64,000 nt of DNA from Verrucomicrobiota bacterium (GTDB taxonomy: Bacteria > Verrucomicrobiota > Verrucomicrobiia > Limisphaerales > UBA8199): positions 2,413 to 66,412 of the forward strand of contig JAAYVL010000103.1 of assembly GCA_012517205.1 (NCBI GenBank). Direction: 5' to 3'. Shown piece after piece: positions 48,325-58,107 of the stretch (position 1 is its first letter; every line of letters begins with the position of its first letter). The notes beneath the pieces are model-generated. The model was not told the origin of the DNA and did not search any database. It saw only the letters and a list, made by a program, of their open reading frames with translations. A program made the translations under genes and the position numbers.

Positions 48325-51300
48325 TCTGATTCAGGAGGCCGGGCTGGCGGCGGGTTCGTGTTGTTGGCGTTGGAGTTCTCCGGGAAAAGCCCTCGCAAGG
48401 TGCGCAAGGGCCGGAACGGGAACAGGAAGGGCAGCGTGACCACTTTCGGAACCAGGTAAACCGGATCGCCCTTTGGGGCCCCGAGCGTGCCGGTGATTTT
48501 ATATTCAAACAGCTTCGTCACCGGCCACAAGACGGTGCTGACGAGCGGGCCGACCAGCCAGGCGTCGCGCAGGAGCTCGGCTTCCGCGCGGGCGTTGACC
48601 TGGCCTTGAAAGTCCAGGGTGCCGCGATACTGGAGGCGCATCCCGGTCGAGCGGATTTCCAGGTCTTCCGACGAGATTACGCCGTTGGTAATGCCGAATG
48701 TGCAACGGCCGGCGCTGGCCCGGCTGTTGCCCAGCCCCGGCACCACGCTGTTGAGCGCCTGGGAAAAGAGGCCAAAAATGGGAACGTCCCAAATCAAGCC
48801 GTTCCGCAAAGTCAGGTCGCCGGAGCCGGTCCAGGTGTTTATATCCGCGGTGTTGGCGCGGGTGATGGCCAGGGTGCCGTTAAGCCGGCCGTCGAGATGA
48901 TTGGTCGCGAGGAATAAATCCGTCACGAGCGGCGGCAGGAGCGCGTTCGTGGCCGTCACGGTAAACTGGTAGTCGGCGTCGTGTCCGGGATGAAAGTCGA
49001 ATTGCGCGGAGCCGTGAACCTGGCCGCCATAGCAGCCCGCCCAGATATTGCTCAGGGATAAATGCTGTCCCAGCCAGTGCACGTGGCCGGAGATCTCCGA
49101 CGCCCGGAGCCGCCACCACGTGAAGGCACCGCCGCGCAAGTCAAAGTGCAAATCGGCATCATCCTCCCCGTGCATCGGGATGATGCCCCAAACCCGGGCG
49201 ACCGGCGGCTGGGCGAATTGGTAGGGATGAATCACCCGGGCGACGTGAGGGCCGATGGCGCGCGCGATGGCCAGGGGGTCCCCGGTGCTGAAACCATTGG
49301 AGAGGTAGATTTTCTGCGCCGCAAAGTCGGCTGTGACGGCATCGGCGCTGAGCCGTTCGGCGCCGCGCCCGAGGCGGGGATCCGTGAAGTGCAGCAGGTG
49401 ATTGGTGTATTGGAGGGCCGTCTGCAAATAGCTGGCGGACTCGCCCCGGAAGGTGAAATTGGTCAGTGCCACCCGGCCCTGGAGGCCCGTCCGCCGCGGT
49501 TCGTCCCAGCGCCCCCAAACCCGGGCGTCAATGACAGGCGGCTCGGCAAAGGTAAAGAAGCGGAGCGCGCGCTGCAGATCGGGGGCCAGCAGCGGGCGCA
49601 AATCCAGCACGTTCACCGAGCTATGCAGGCGGCCGTGATACTCCCGGGTCCGAAGATCGGTTTCCACGGCGGCCTCCAACTGTCCTTCGGGCCGGATGAT
49701 TCGCAAGTCCGGCAGGCGCCAGACCTGGTTCGAGCAGGAAATATGGGATTGGACGGCGGAAACCGCCACGCCCTGGCAGGCGAGGCCCCGGGCAAAGTTG
49801 AGATCAGCCTGCAAGCGGAGCGTCGGCAGCACTTCCGCCCGCCAGTCGGGCTGACGATTCGTCCAGGCGGGCCAGACCAGCGAGGCTTCGCCGGCCACGG
49901 TCGGCGGCGTTTCCCAGGCAAGCCGCGCCAGCCAGTCGCCGGCCGCTCCGGTCAGGAGTGGCGAAAGCTCGTGGGGATCAATGCTCGAAGTAAAGCGGAC
50001 GCGCGCCCGGCGGGTGGATACGTCCACGTCGCCGCGCCCGCCGAGCGGCTGCTGCGCGAGCGCGGCCTGAATCCGGGTGAGCGCCAGCGTGGGCGCGCGC
50101 CATTGCCCGGCGCAGGCGACTTCGCGCAGGCGTAGTTGAGACGATTGCAACGTGTCCGCGCGGCCCTCCCAGTCCAGCGCATAAGGTTCGAGCGCCGCCC
50201 ATCCGCCCCAGGATTCATCGGCGCGGAGCGGCCGATCGTGGCCGGGCATCGCGAGGCGGGCGTTGATTTGCAGTTCCCGCGCAGTGGCCCATGAGTTGGA
50301 CGCCTGGGCGCAATGCAGGCTGGCCGTGCCGGACAGGGGCTGGAAATCGGCCCGCGAGTGCATCCATTGGGCGCGGAGGTGCGCGTTGGTGGCGCCGCCC
50401 CAGCGGGACGCGGCGCGCGCCACGGTGAGGACCGCATCGGTGGTGGCCAGGTTTGTCTGGCCCGCGATCGCGTCCGCCTGAAGGGCGAGCGTCAGGTGCG
50501 CGGCGCTCGCCCAGGAGGAATCTGCGCGCTCGGCACACAAGGTCAGTTCGAGGTTTCCCCAGTTGGTTAGCGACGCGAAAGCGGCCAGCCGGGCATTCAG
50601 GCTCAAATTCGTCGCCGTCGCCCAGCGCGTTTGCGCCCCGCCGGCTTCGAGGTTCAGCTCGGCGTGGGAGAGGTCATTGGTTGCCGCCGGGAAAAGCCGG
50701 GCATTCACCCGGCCCCGGACCAGGCGGCCCCAGGGCGTGTGGGCCTCCGGGGTGTTCAGCAGCGCATGGATGGTGAAACTGTGGGGAACGCGCGCGTCGC
50801 CCCGGACATCGAGTTTGAACTCCGGCGGGGCGGAGAAATGGATGCGTTCCAACACCTCCGCGATTTCGCCGGGCCAGTTGCGCCGCGGGGCGCCGGCCGG
50901 GGCCGGTTCCGCCTGAAACGCCGTCCAATGGCGCACGGCGGAGGCATTGGTGACCGTGCCGGACAACCGGATTTTAGCGCCGGCGAAAACCGCCGTGAAG
51001 TGATCCAGCGCCCATTCATCGCCGGGCAGGAACCGGAGTTCGGACTGGATCTGGTCAAGAACCAACTGCCGCGGGGCCCGGTGGGTTTCCGCGACGGGCC
51101 AGACCAGGCGGCCTTTGCGCAGCCGGAGCGCGTCCGTCTGGATTTGGAGCCGGGCGAGCGCCCGCAGATTGAGGCGCACCTGGACTTGCGCGAGCGTCAG
51201 TTGCGGGCTGAGGGGGGCGTCGGGGCGCACGAAGCGGACGTTCTCCGCGACGATGCCCCGATACCAGCTCAGGCGCAGGCGGGAGAATTGCAGATCCAGG

Positions 51301-51476
51301 CCGCGAGCGCGCAGATTGTTCAGCAGCGGGGTCTTGGCAAAGCCGGGCAGCCCGGCCTGGTTGAGATAAATCAGCGCCCCCAGCACGGCGAGAATCAGGA
51401 GCCAAACCGCCATGCGGAACCGGCGGAAATAAACCCAGCCGGCCCGCCCGAAACTGCCCTTGCGGCGGTTCGCCAT
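48321..51476 (-). CDS. AsmA-family / YhdP-like large envelope protein (N-terminal anchor, AsmA_2-like C-terminus)
   Basis: The start MANRRKGSFGRAGWVYFRRFRMAVWLLILAVLGALIY at 51476 lies 2 nt after the upstream stop. The C-terminus is DVPIFGLFSQALNSVVPGLG...CTFGITNGVISSEDLEIRSTGMRLQYRGTLDFQGQVNARAEAELLRD...KITGTLGAPK. The 85 upstream codons of the track ORF overlap the previous gene. Confidence 0.75.
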   Translation of the reverse strand: MANRRKGSFGRAGWVYFRRFRMAVWLLILAVLGALIYLNQAGLPGFAKTPLLNNLRARGLDLQFSRLRLSWYRGIVAENVRFVRPDAPLSPQLTLAQVQVRLNLRALARLQIQTDALRLRKGRLVWPVAETHRAPRQLVLDQIQSELRFLPGDEWALDHFTAVFAGAKIRLSGTVTNASAVRHWTAFQAEPAPAGAPRRNWPGEIAEVLERIHFSAPPEFKLDVRGDARVPHSFTIHALLNTPEAHTPWGRLVRGRVNARLFPAATNDLSHAELNLEAGGAQTRWATATNLSLNARLAAFASLTNWGNLELTLCAERADSSWASAAHLTLALQADAIAGQTNLATTDAVLTVARAASRWGGATNAHLRAQWMHSRADFQPLSGTASLHCAQASNSWATARELQINARLAMPGHDRPLRADESWGGWAALEPYALDWEGRADTLQSSQLRLREVACAGQWRAPTLALTRIQAALAQQPLGGRGDVDVSTRRARVRFTSSIDPHELSPLLTGAAGDWLARLAWETPPTVAGEASLVWPAWTNRQPDWRAEVLPTLRLQADLNFARGLACQGVAVSAVQSHISCSNQVWRLPDLRIIRPEGQLEAAVETDLRTREYHGRLHSSVNVLDLRPLLAPDLQRALRFFTFAEPPVIDARVWGRWDEPRRTGLQGRVALTNFTFRGESASYLQTALQYTNHLLHFTDPRLGRGAERLSADAVTADFAAQKIYLSNGFSTGDPLAIARAIGPHVARVIHPYQFAQPPVARVWGIIPMHGEDDADLHFDLRGGAFTWWRLRASEISGHVHWLGQHLSLSNIWAGCYGGQVHGSAQFDFHPGHDADYQFTVTATNALLPPLVTDLFLATNHLDGRLNGTLAITRANTADINTWTGSGDLTLRNGLIWDVPIFGLFSQALNSVVPGLGNSRASAGRCTFGITNGVISSEDLEIRSTGMRLQYRGTLDFQGQVNARAEAELLRDAWLVGPLVSTVLWPVTKLFEYKITGTLGAPKGDPVYLVPKVVTLPFLFPFRPLRTLRGLFPENSNANNTNPPPARPPESD

Positions 51477-51478
51477 AC

Positions 51479-53272
51479 TCAGCGGGAGGGGGCGAACAGG
51501 TAGCGCTGCACGTAATCGTACAGCCAGATCGGGAACTCGAAAAACCAGGGCTCCCCATTCAGCGTGACGGCGGCGGCGGGCGGTTGGCCGGGCGTTTCCC
51601 GGGCGAAATCGAGCGCGGCCTTCTCGCCATTCCGGAGCTCGAGCACAAGCTGGCGGTCGTTGTCCGCAAAGCCCAGGCGGGCGCGGTTGGTCTCGCCCCG
51701 GCCCAGCCAGGCCGCCGCGGTCAACTGGCACAGCCCGCTCACGGTTTCCTCGACGGCCAGGTCGTTCATCGCGCCCGGGGAACCGGGGGCCAGCGACCAG
51801 CTATAGGGTCCGTTGCGGATCATCTGGCGGAGCTGCCCCGGCTGCCGGAGGGTGACGCGCGCCACCTCGTTGGTGGAGAGGCTCCAAATCCGGCGTTCGC
51901 GCATCTGCCACCCCGCCGTTGGCAGGCGCAGGAACTCCGCGCGCGGAACGGCATAAACAAAGCTCTCGTCCGCGCGCTGCGCGAAGACCTTGTCGGCCTG
52001 GTTGGTTCCGAAACGCAGTTCGGCAATGACCGGGTTGGTCAGACCTGCCGGGCCATTGGTCGCGGCGGCCCGCAGTGTGTATTGCCGCAGCGGCGAATCC
52101 AGGCCGTAGGCGGGCAAATCCGCCGCCACCACCACGTCCTGGGTGAACTCGACGATTGGCAGTTCGTTCAGGGCGGTGAGCAGCTCGTTGACCAGGTCGG
52201 CATCAGCGGGAAAATCCTCCGGCCAAACGCGCCAGGCGCCATTGGTCTGCCGCTGCAAAGAGAAGCTCTCCGGCGCGCGCACCTCCACCCCCGCGACGGG
52301 AACGGCCGAGTGCAGCAGGTAGGGCTCGCGGAAATCGTTCACCGCGGCATACCAGGGCGCCAGCAGATCTTTGGACACCGTCACGATGGCCTCAAGCCCC
52401 ACCCGGCGGGCATAAACCAGTTTGGCGTCGTTGGTGGGGCTTTTCCCAAACTGCAGCCATGCGATGGTGTTGGTGCCCTGGCCGATGACCACTTCGAGCT
52501 CCGGCGGGTGCAGGCCAAACGTCTCCAGGTCCGCCCTGGGGTCGTGGGAGATAAACTGCCGCGCGCGCACACTCTGCAGCATTTGCAGCGATTCCTCGAT
52601 CCGGGCGTTGTTGGCGCGGGCCGATAACGGATAGTGCATGCGCCACAGCCGGTCGGTGGCGGAACGCCGCAGCTCGAAAATCTTCGACCCATTGGTGACT
52701 GCCAGCCGTTCGAAGGTCATGCCGGACAAATCCAGCAGCGCCGTGCTGCGCCAGTCATCGGGGGTGCGGGGGAGGAACTGCAGAAACCCGGCGTCCACGA
52801 CATAGACCCCTTCGACGCCGACCACCTGCAGGAACACCTGGTCGCCCGGCGCCGTTCGCGCGCCGACTCGCAACCGCGCGGTATAGCCGGGTTGCTCGAT
52901 AATGATGGAGGCCTGGGGCGTGGTGAACCCAAACTCTTCGTCCGCCCGGGGCTGCTCGCGCAAGGCGCGGGCCGTGAGGTAGGGCGCCGGCACCAACTGC
53001 TCCAACTCCGCGAGAAACTTCTCGATGCTCACGGCCTGGGCGGGGTAAACCAGCGGTTCGACAAGCTGCCAGGAACCGTTGGTGCGCGCCGCGCAGATTT
53101 CCAGGCGCGCGGCGGGGCGCACCTGCACGCGCGTGACCGCGGCGGGCCGCAGCGCGGGGAGGACCGGGCCGGGGCCGGAACTGGTCTTCCGCAGGTATTT
53201 GTGGTGGAAGAAAATAAAGGCCATCAGCGCCGCGGCCACGATTGCCCATCGCCAGATGCTGCGGGGATTCAT
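51479..53272 (-). CDS. DUF4340 domain protein (GldG-associated)
   Basis: The start MNPRSIWRWAIVAAALMAFIFF at 53272 is a single N-terminal anchor. The protein is a long beta-rich periplasmic type in the position typical after GldG-like genes. Confidence 0.65.
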   Translation of the reverse strand: MNPRSIWRWAIVAAALMAFIFFHHKYLRKTSSGPGPVLPALRPAAVTRVQVRPAARLEICAARTNGSWQLVEPLVYPAQAVSIEKFLAELEQLVPAPYLTARALREQPRADEEFGFTTPQASIIIEQPGYTARLRVGARTAPGDQVFLQVVGVEGVYVVDAGFLQFLPRTPDDWRSTALLDLSGMTFERLAVTNGSKIFELRRSATDRLWRMHYPLSARANNARIEESLQMLQSVRARQFISHDPRADLETFGLHPPELEVVIGQGTNTIAWLQFGKSPTNDAKLVYARRVGLEAIVTVSKDLLAPWYAAVNDFREPYLLHSAVPVAGVEVRAPESFSLQRQTNGAWRVWPEDFPADADLVNELLTALNELPIVEFTQDVVVAADLPAYGLDSPLRQYTLRAAATNGPAGLTNPVIAELRFGTNQADKVFAQRADESFVYAVPRAEFLRLPTAGWQMRERRIWSLSTNEVARVTLRQPGQLRQMIRNGPYSWSLAPGSPGAMNDLAVEETVSGLCQLTAAAWLGRGETNRARLGFADNDRQLVLELRNGEKAALDFARETPGQPPAAAVTLNGEPWFFEFPIWLYDYVQRYLFAPSR

Positions 53273-53280
53273 GCGCGCGC

Positions 53281-54768
53281 CTAGTTCCGCCGCCGCAACC
53301 AGACCAGCCCGCCCAGCAGGAGAGCGGAGCCCGGCAGCACGCCCAGGAGCAACCATTGCGCCTGGCGCATCTGCGCCTGGGTCATGACGATGCTGTACTG
53401 CGTGATGGGCCGCGGCCCCAAACCCGCCAGCAGGTGCGGGCGCTCCAGCAGCCAGTTAATGGCGTTGCCCGCAAAATCACGGTTGGCAGCCGACTCGATC
53501 TGGAGATTGCCCAAAAACAGGGAGTCGCCGACGACGATCATACGGGTCGCGCCCCGCTCGGCGATCAGATCCTTGATCGCGCCTTTCTCGACGGCCACCA
53601 AAAGCGGGAAGGGCGCGTGGTGGGTGGAATCGCCGGCCGCCCGGGCCCGGGGACCGGAAAACGCCAGCTCATCCACCCGCGGCGCGTCGGCGGCCTCGGC
53701 GCGCGCCGTCAACCGCCCCACCGACCGCGGCAGGCTGACATGCAGCCGCGATCCCCGCAAAGAATCCACTACCGCATGCTGGCCAAAGCGGCTGATAATG
53801 ATATCCGTCCCCTTGGCGGTATTGTCCGGGTCGGTGACGATATTGCGCCCCACATCCACCCCCCATTGGGCCAGCAGGGTTTCCAACCCCGTGTTCTTGC
53901 GGGCCGCGCTAAAGTTAAACAAGGCCAGCAAGCGCCCGCCCTGGTTGAGATACTGCTCGATCTTGACCAGCTCGGCGTCCGGGATGGCGTCGCGCGGCCC
54001 GGCGATGATCAGCAGGTTGCAGTCCGGCGGCACCGTATTGGTGCCCAGGAGCGACAGCGGCTCGGCCCGCACGCGGTTCTGCTCCAGCAGCGACGCAAAC
54101 TTGAGGTAGCCGGTCACTTCGTCGCCGCTATCCATTTGATGCTCGCCATGCCCCTGGAGAAAATAGGCCGTCAACGGCCTGGGGCTGGTCACGTCCAGCA
54201 AGGCGGAGGTAAAGGCCATCTCTCCCAGAAACGCCGTTGGCCGGCGCCGGAACGACCAGCCATTGGCGCCGACCACCGCGTTGGTCACCTGCTCCACCAC
54301 ATACGACGCCAGCGCGTTGCCGTCCACCGGCTTCACCTTGCCCTCGCAGTCGAAGATGACCAGGTTTTTATCGGTCTGGGCGGAAAGGTTGTATTTGGCT
54401 TTGGTTTTTTGCGCCAGCGCGGGATTGCGGATGTAGTCCACGGTTTCCAGCCGAATCTTCGGGTTGGCCAGCCGGTATTCGTTCAGCAGATCCCACACCG
54501 GGCTGTAGAGCGCCTCGGCATCGTCGGTATCATAGTAGAGGATCACCCGCACCTGGTTGGTCACCGATTTGAGCAGGCCCAGGGTGCGCGCGGAAAGTTC
54601 GATGCGGCTGCGCGCGCTCAGGTGGAAGCGGAGAAAGTAGTTCGCGCTGAGGTAGTTCACCATCACCACGACCGCCAGGACCAATACCCCCGCCAGCAGC
54701 ACCTGCAGGCCCGAGCCCCATTTGCGGCCGGGCGTGAAGCTGGGAGGGGAGGAGGAATCCGTCGCCAT
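53281..54768 (-). CDS. GldG-like ABC-transporter auxiliary protein
   Basis: The start MATDSSSPPSF is at 54768. VLLAGVLVLAVVVMVNYLSANYFLRFHLSARSRIELSARTLGLLKSVTNQVRVILYY is the characteristic GldG N-terminus. A C-terminal TM helix is also present. Confidence 0.75.
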   Translation of the reverse strand: MATDSSSPPSFTPGRKWGSGLQVLLAGVLVLAVVVMVNYLSANYFLRFHLSARSRIELSARTLGLLKSVTNQVRVILYYDTDDAEALYSPVWDLLNEYRLANPKIRLETVDYIRNPALAQKTKAKYNLSAQTDKNLVIFDCEGKVKPVDGNALASYVVEQVTNAVVGANGWSFRRRPTAFLGEMAFTSALLDVTSPRPLTAYFLQGHGEHQMDSGDEVTGYLKFASLLEQNRVRAEPLSLLGTNTVPPDCNLLIIAGPRDAIPDAELVKIEQYLNQGGRLLALFNFSAARKNTGLETLLAQWGVDVGRNIVTDPDNTAKGTDIIISRFGQHAVVDSLRGSRLHVSLPRSVGRLTARAEAADAPRVDELAFSGPRARAAGDSTHHAPFPLLVAVEKGAIKDLIAERGATRMIVVGDSLFLGNLQIESAANRDFAGNAINWLLERPHLLAGLGPRPITQYSIVMTQAQMRQAQWLLLGVLPGSALLLGGLVWLRRRN

Positions 54769-54770
54769 GG

Positions 54771-55520
54771 CTATTTCCAGCGGCGGCTTTCCACCACCCG
54801 CAAAGTCAGAAAGAGGAAAAGAAAGGTCGCGCTGGCGAGCAGCACCACGGCCCGCGTATCCACAATGCCGCGCGCGAAATCGTGCATCTGCTCGAACAGG
54901 GCCAGGCTGCCCAGCACCTGCGTCTGCCAATCCTCCTGCGCCGGAAGCTGGCTGGCCAGGTATCCCAGCAGGAAAACGCTGGCGCCGAAGCCCAGGCTGA
55001 TCATGGCCGCGACCGCCTGGCTGCGCGTGAGCGCCGAGGCGCAGCAGCCCCAGGAAAGGAACATGCCGCCATACAACAGGATGCCCAGGAACGTGCTGGC
55101 CGCCACGCCGGCATCCAGCGCGCTGGGATCGTTGGTTTGGTGGCGCACCACCAGCAGGCAGCCCAGGAGCGGCAGCCACATCACCAAATAGAACAGCAGG
55201 GCCGCCGTGAACTTGGCCGCCACCACCTGCCCATCGCTGACCGGCGTGGTCATGAGCGTTTCAAAGGTGCCGGTGAACTTTTCCTGCGCGAACAGCCGCA
55301 TGGTGATCACCGGCGTGGTCAGCAGCAGGATCAGCCAGAAGAACGGGGTGATATAAAACAGCTCGGTGATGGGCATCGGCGTCGGCTTCTGCAGTTTGGC
55401 GAGAATGACGATGAAGCTGTAGCCCATCAGGAACAGCGCCGCCGCGATGATGATGTAGCCGCCCAGGGACAGGAAAAACCCCGCCAGCTCCCGCCGCACC
55501 AGCGTCCGGAAAACGAGCAT
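54771..55520 (-). CDS. ABC-2 type permease (GldF-like)
   Basis: The start MLVFRTLVRRELAGFFLSLGGYIIIAAALFLMG at 55520 shares 1 nt with the ATPase stop (TCAT on the plus strand). The protein is polytopic. Confidence 0.8.
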   Translation of the reverse strand: MLVFRTLVRRELAGFFLSLGGYIIIAAALFLMGYSFIVILAKLQKPTPMPITELFYITPFFWLILLLTTPVITMRLFAQEKFTGTFETLMTTPVSDGQVVAAKFTAALLFYLVMWLPLLGCLLVVRHQTNDPSALDAGVAASTFLGILLYGGMFLSWGCCASALTRSQAVAAMISLGFGASVFLLGYLASQLPAQEDWQTQVLGSLALFEQMHDFARGIVDTRAVVLLASATFLFLFLTLRVVESRRWK

Positions 55521-56479
55521 CAACCCTCCTCCTCCTCCGGCCGGGTGACCCGGACGTAGATGTCTTCGAGCGAATGGCGGCTGCGGGTCAGCTCGCGCAG
55601 CGGCCAGCCCCGCTCCCGCGCCAGCGCAAAGATTTGCGGCCGCAAATCCACGCCGTCGCGCGGCGTCAGCGCGCAGCGGAAATACTCGCCCTCGGCCGGG
55701 GACACGTCGAACTGCTCCACCTCCGCCATCTGCGCCCAGCATTCCCGCAACTCCTCGGGCGCCGCGGCGATCTCCGCGATCACCTGGCTGCGGCTGCTCA
55801 TAAGCTTTTGCAGGTTCCCCGGCGTATCGGCCACCAAAATGCGCCCGTCATACATGATGACGACCCGGTGGCAGGTCATTTCCGCCTCGGGCAGGATATG
55901 GGTGGAAATCAGCACCGTATGGGCGCCGCCCAGCCCCTTGATGAGCTGGCGGACCACGCGAATCTGGTTCGGGTCCAGCCCGATGGTCGGCTCGTCCAGG
56001 ATGATCAACTCCGGCTCATGGACCAGGGCATCCGCCAGCCCCACCCGCTGCCGGAACCCCTTGGAGAGCTGCCCGATCATCCGCCGGCTCACCTCGGTCA
56101 GCCCGCACTGCTCCATGACCACATCCACGCGCGCGCGCGAATGTTTGCGGCTCAAACCTTTCAGCCGGGCCCGGAACTTCAGGTATTCCCGCACCCGCAT
56201 GTCATAGTGCAGCGGGTTGTTCTCCGGCATATACCCGATGCGGCGGCGCACTTCGTCGGATTGCGCAAAAACATCCAGCCCGGCCACCCGCACGGTGCCG
56301 GAAGTCGCCGCCAGGTAGCAGGCCAGGATGCGCATCGTGGTGCTCTTGCCCGCCCCGTTGGGGCCCAGCAAACCCACGATTTCGCCCCGCCTGACCGAGA
56401 AGGAGATGTCCGAAACAGCCGGATTGCCCGCGTAGCGCTTGGTCAGGTTGGCGACTTCGATCATCAAGTCATCGCTCAT
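55520..56479 (-). CDS. ABC transporter ATP-binding protein (GldA-like)
   Basis: Walker A is GLLGPNGAGKSTT, the signature is LSKGFRQRVGLA, and Walker B is LIILDEPTIGLD. Confidence 0.9.
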   Translation of the reverse strand: MSDDLMIEVANLTKRYAGNPAVSDISFSVRRGEIVGLLGPNGAGKSTTMRILACYLAATSGTVRVAGLDVFAQSDEVRRRIGYMPENNPLHYDMRVREYLKFRARLKGLSRKHSRARVDVVMEQCGLTEVSRRMIGQLSKGFRQRVGLADALVHEPELIILDEPTIGLDPNQIRVVRQLIKGLGGAHTVLISTHILPEAEMTCHRVVIMYDGRILVADTPGNLQKLMSSRSQVIAEIAAAPEELRECWAQMAEVEQFDVSPAEGEYFRCALTPRDGVDLRPQIFALARERGWPLRELTRSRHSLEDIYVRVTRPEEEEG

Positions 56480-56553
56480 TGAGTCCAGCTCAGGAGAATA
56501 ATCTAGTTCAGACCCGCGGGGCTAAGCCAACAAAATCGGCGGCGTCCGCCGCG

Positions 56554-57954
56554 CTAGCGCGCCACCAGCTCCACCGTGGCCTGCCGCAGCACATTGAAGT
56601 TCCCCATCCGCTGCGGCACGGCGATTTCCATCTGCACCCGGTCGCCTTTCTTCCGGGCGTAAAGCCCCTTGGCCACCGCGCAAACATCCATCGGCAGTTG
56701 CCCGTCCAGGGCGGTGATCAGGATGCCGCGCTGCAACCCCGCCGCCGCCGCCGGGCTGTCCTCCTGCACCCCGGCGATGTAAAACGCATCCGCAACCCCC
56801 ACCCCATAGCGGGCGGCCAATTGCGGCGTCAGCTCCTCCAGGTCCAGCCCGAGCTTGTCGCGGATCATCCCGGCGTTGAAAACGGTCTTCTCCGGCACCA
56901 GCCGCACGGTGACCTCCTTGCGCTCCGTCCCCCGCTGAATGGCCAGCGTCACGCCCGAACCCGGCCGAGCCGCCAGCAGATCGGCAAAATCAATGAAACT
57001 CCGGGGCGCCCGCCCATTGACCTGGCGGATCGCGTCGCCCGCCCGCAAACCCGCCCGCCCGGCGGGGCTTTGCGGCTGCACACTGGTGATGACCAGCGGC
57101 GTCGTGCCCACCTTGACCCGCGCGCCGAACCAATAGGTTTTGACAAACTCCGTCGGGAAAATGTCCGCCAGGGACTCCAGCACGCGCCGGATGGGGATGG
57201 CAAACCCGATCCCCTGCGCGCGCTGCCCCATGACCTCGTTCAGGACGGCGACATTGATGCCGATCAGCTCGCCCCGCAGGTTGACCAGCGGGCCGCCGCT
57301 ATTGCCCACGTTGATGGGCGCGTCGGTTTGCAGCCAATTCGGGATGTCCAGCGGCACGCCTTCCTTGGGCAGCACCCGGCTCTTGGAGCTCAGAATGCCC
57401 CGGCTGACCGAGCCGCCCAGGCCAAACGGGTTGCCCAGCGCCACCACGGTTTCCCCCAGCAGCAAATCATCCTCGCGGGCAAACTGGATGGCCGCAAACT
57501 TTTCCCCCGGCCGGCTGTTGAGCTTGAGCAGGGCCACGTCGCTCTTCGGGTCGCTGGCGACGACGCTGGCCGTGTAAACATTGGTTCCCGTGCAGAACTT
57601 GATGGTGATCTTATCGGCCCGCCGCACGACATGGTCATTGGTGAGCAAGTAGCCCTCCTCGTCAATAACCACCCCCGAACCGAGGCTGTACTGCGAGTTG
57701 GGCGGCTGCCGGCGGTGATACGGATCCCAGAATTGCCGAAAGAACTCCTCGAAGGGATCGCGCACGCGGATGAGAGTCTCGGTGGCGATGTTCACCACGC
57801 AGGGAATGGCCTTCTCGACAGCCTGCACGGTCGCGTCCCGGCGGACATCATCCGGCGCGGTTTGCCCGATGACGCCGCAACTGCCGGCGCACAACACCCC
57901 TGCCCACCACCAAGCTCCCAGCCGCCGCCGGCTCTTACTTGTTTGCTGATTCAT
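56554..57954 (-). CDS. HtrA/DegP-family periplasmic serine protease with two PDZ domains
   Basis: This is the real part of track ORF 56554..59052. The start MNQQTSKSRRRLGAWWWAG is at 57954. The triad context is TNDHVV, DVALLK and GNSGGPLVN, followed by two PDZ-like segments. Confidence 0.85.
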   Translation of the reverse strand: MNQQTSKSRRRLGAWWWAGVLCAGSCGVIGQTAPDDVRRDATVQAVEKAIPCVVNIATETLIRVRDPFEEFFRQFWDPYHRRQPPNSQYSLGSGVVIDEEGYLLTNDHVVRRADKITIKFCTGTNVYTASVVASDPKSDVALLKLNSRPGEKFAAIQFAREDDLLLGETVVALGNPFGLGGSVSRGILSSKSRVLPKEGVPLDIPNWLQTDAPINVGNSGGPLVNLRGELIGINVAVLNEVMGQRAQGIGFAIPIRRVLESLADIFPTEFVKTYWFGARVKVGTTPLVITSVQPQSPAGRAGLRAGDAIRQVNGRAPRSFIDFADLLAARPGSGVTLAIQRGTERKEVTVRLVPEKTVFNAGMIRDKLGLDLEELTPQLAARYGVGVADAFYIAGVQEDSPAAAAGLQRGILITALDGQLPMDVCAVAKGLYARKKGDRVQMEIAVPQRMGNFNVLRQATVELVAR

Positions 57955-58107
57955 ATCTATAATAACCACCAACCCCCGCGCGGGTTGCGCCTCGCCTCGC
58001 CGCTCGGCTCCAGCCGGCCCCCGCCGCCGCGCCGCCCGGCGCCCGGGAGCCGCCGCGCCGCTCAAAGCTTGACTTTGCCGTCCCACCCGCGCAAAAGCAA
58101 GGGCAAG

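Noticed and set aside
53242-55191. 649-aa plus-strand ORF
   Set aside because: It is antisense to the GldG-like and ABC-2 permease genes.
56479-58107. 5' two-thirds of the 1022-aa plus-strand ORF 56479..59547, and the 5' part of minus ORF 56554..59052
   Set aside because: Each long ORF is real only in the part not overlapped by the other gene. HtrA homology starts at 57954 and DUF2851 homology starts near 58108-58190. The remainders are mutual antisense shadows.
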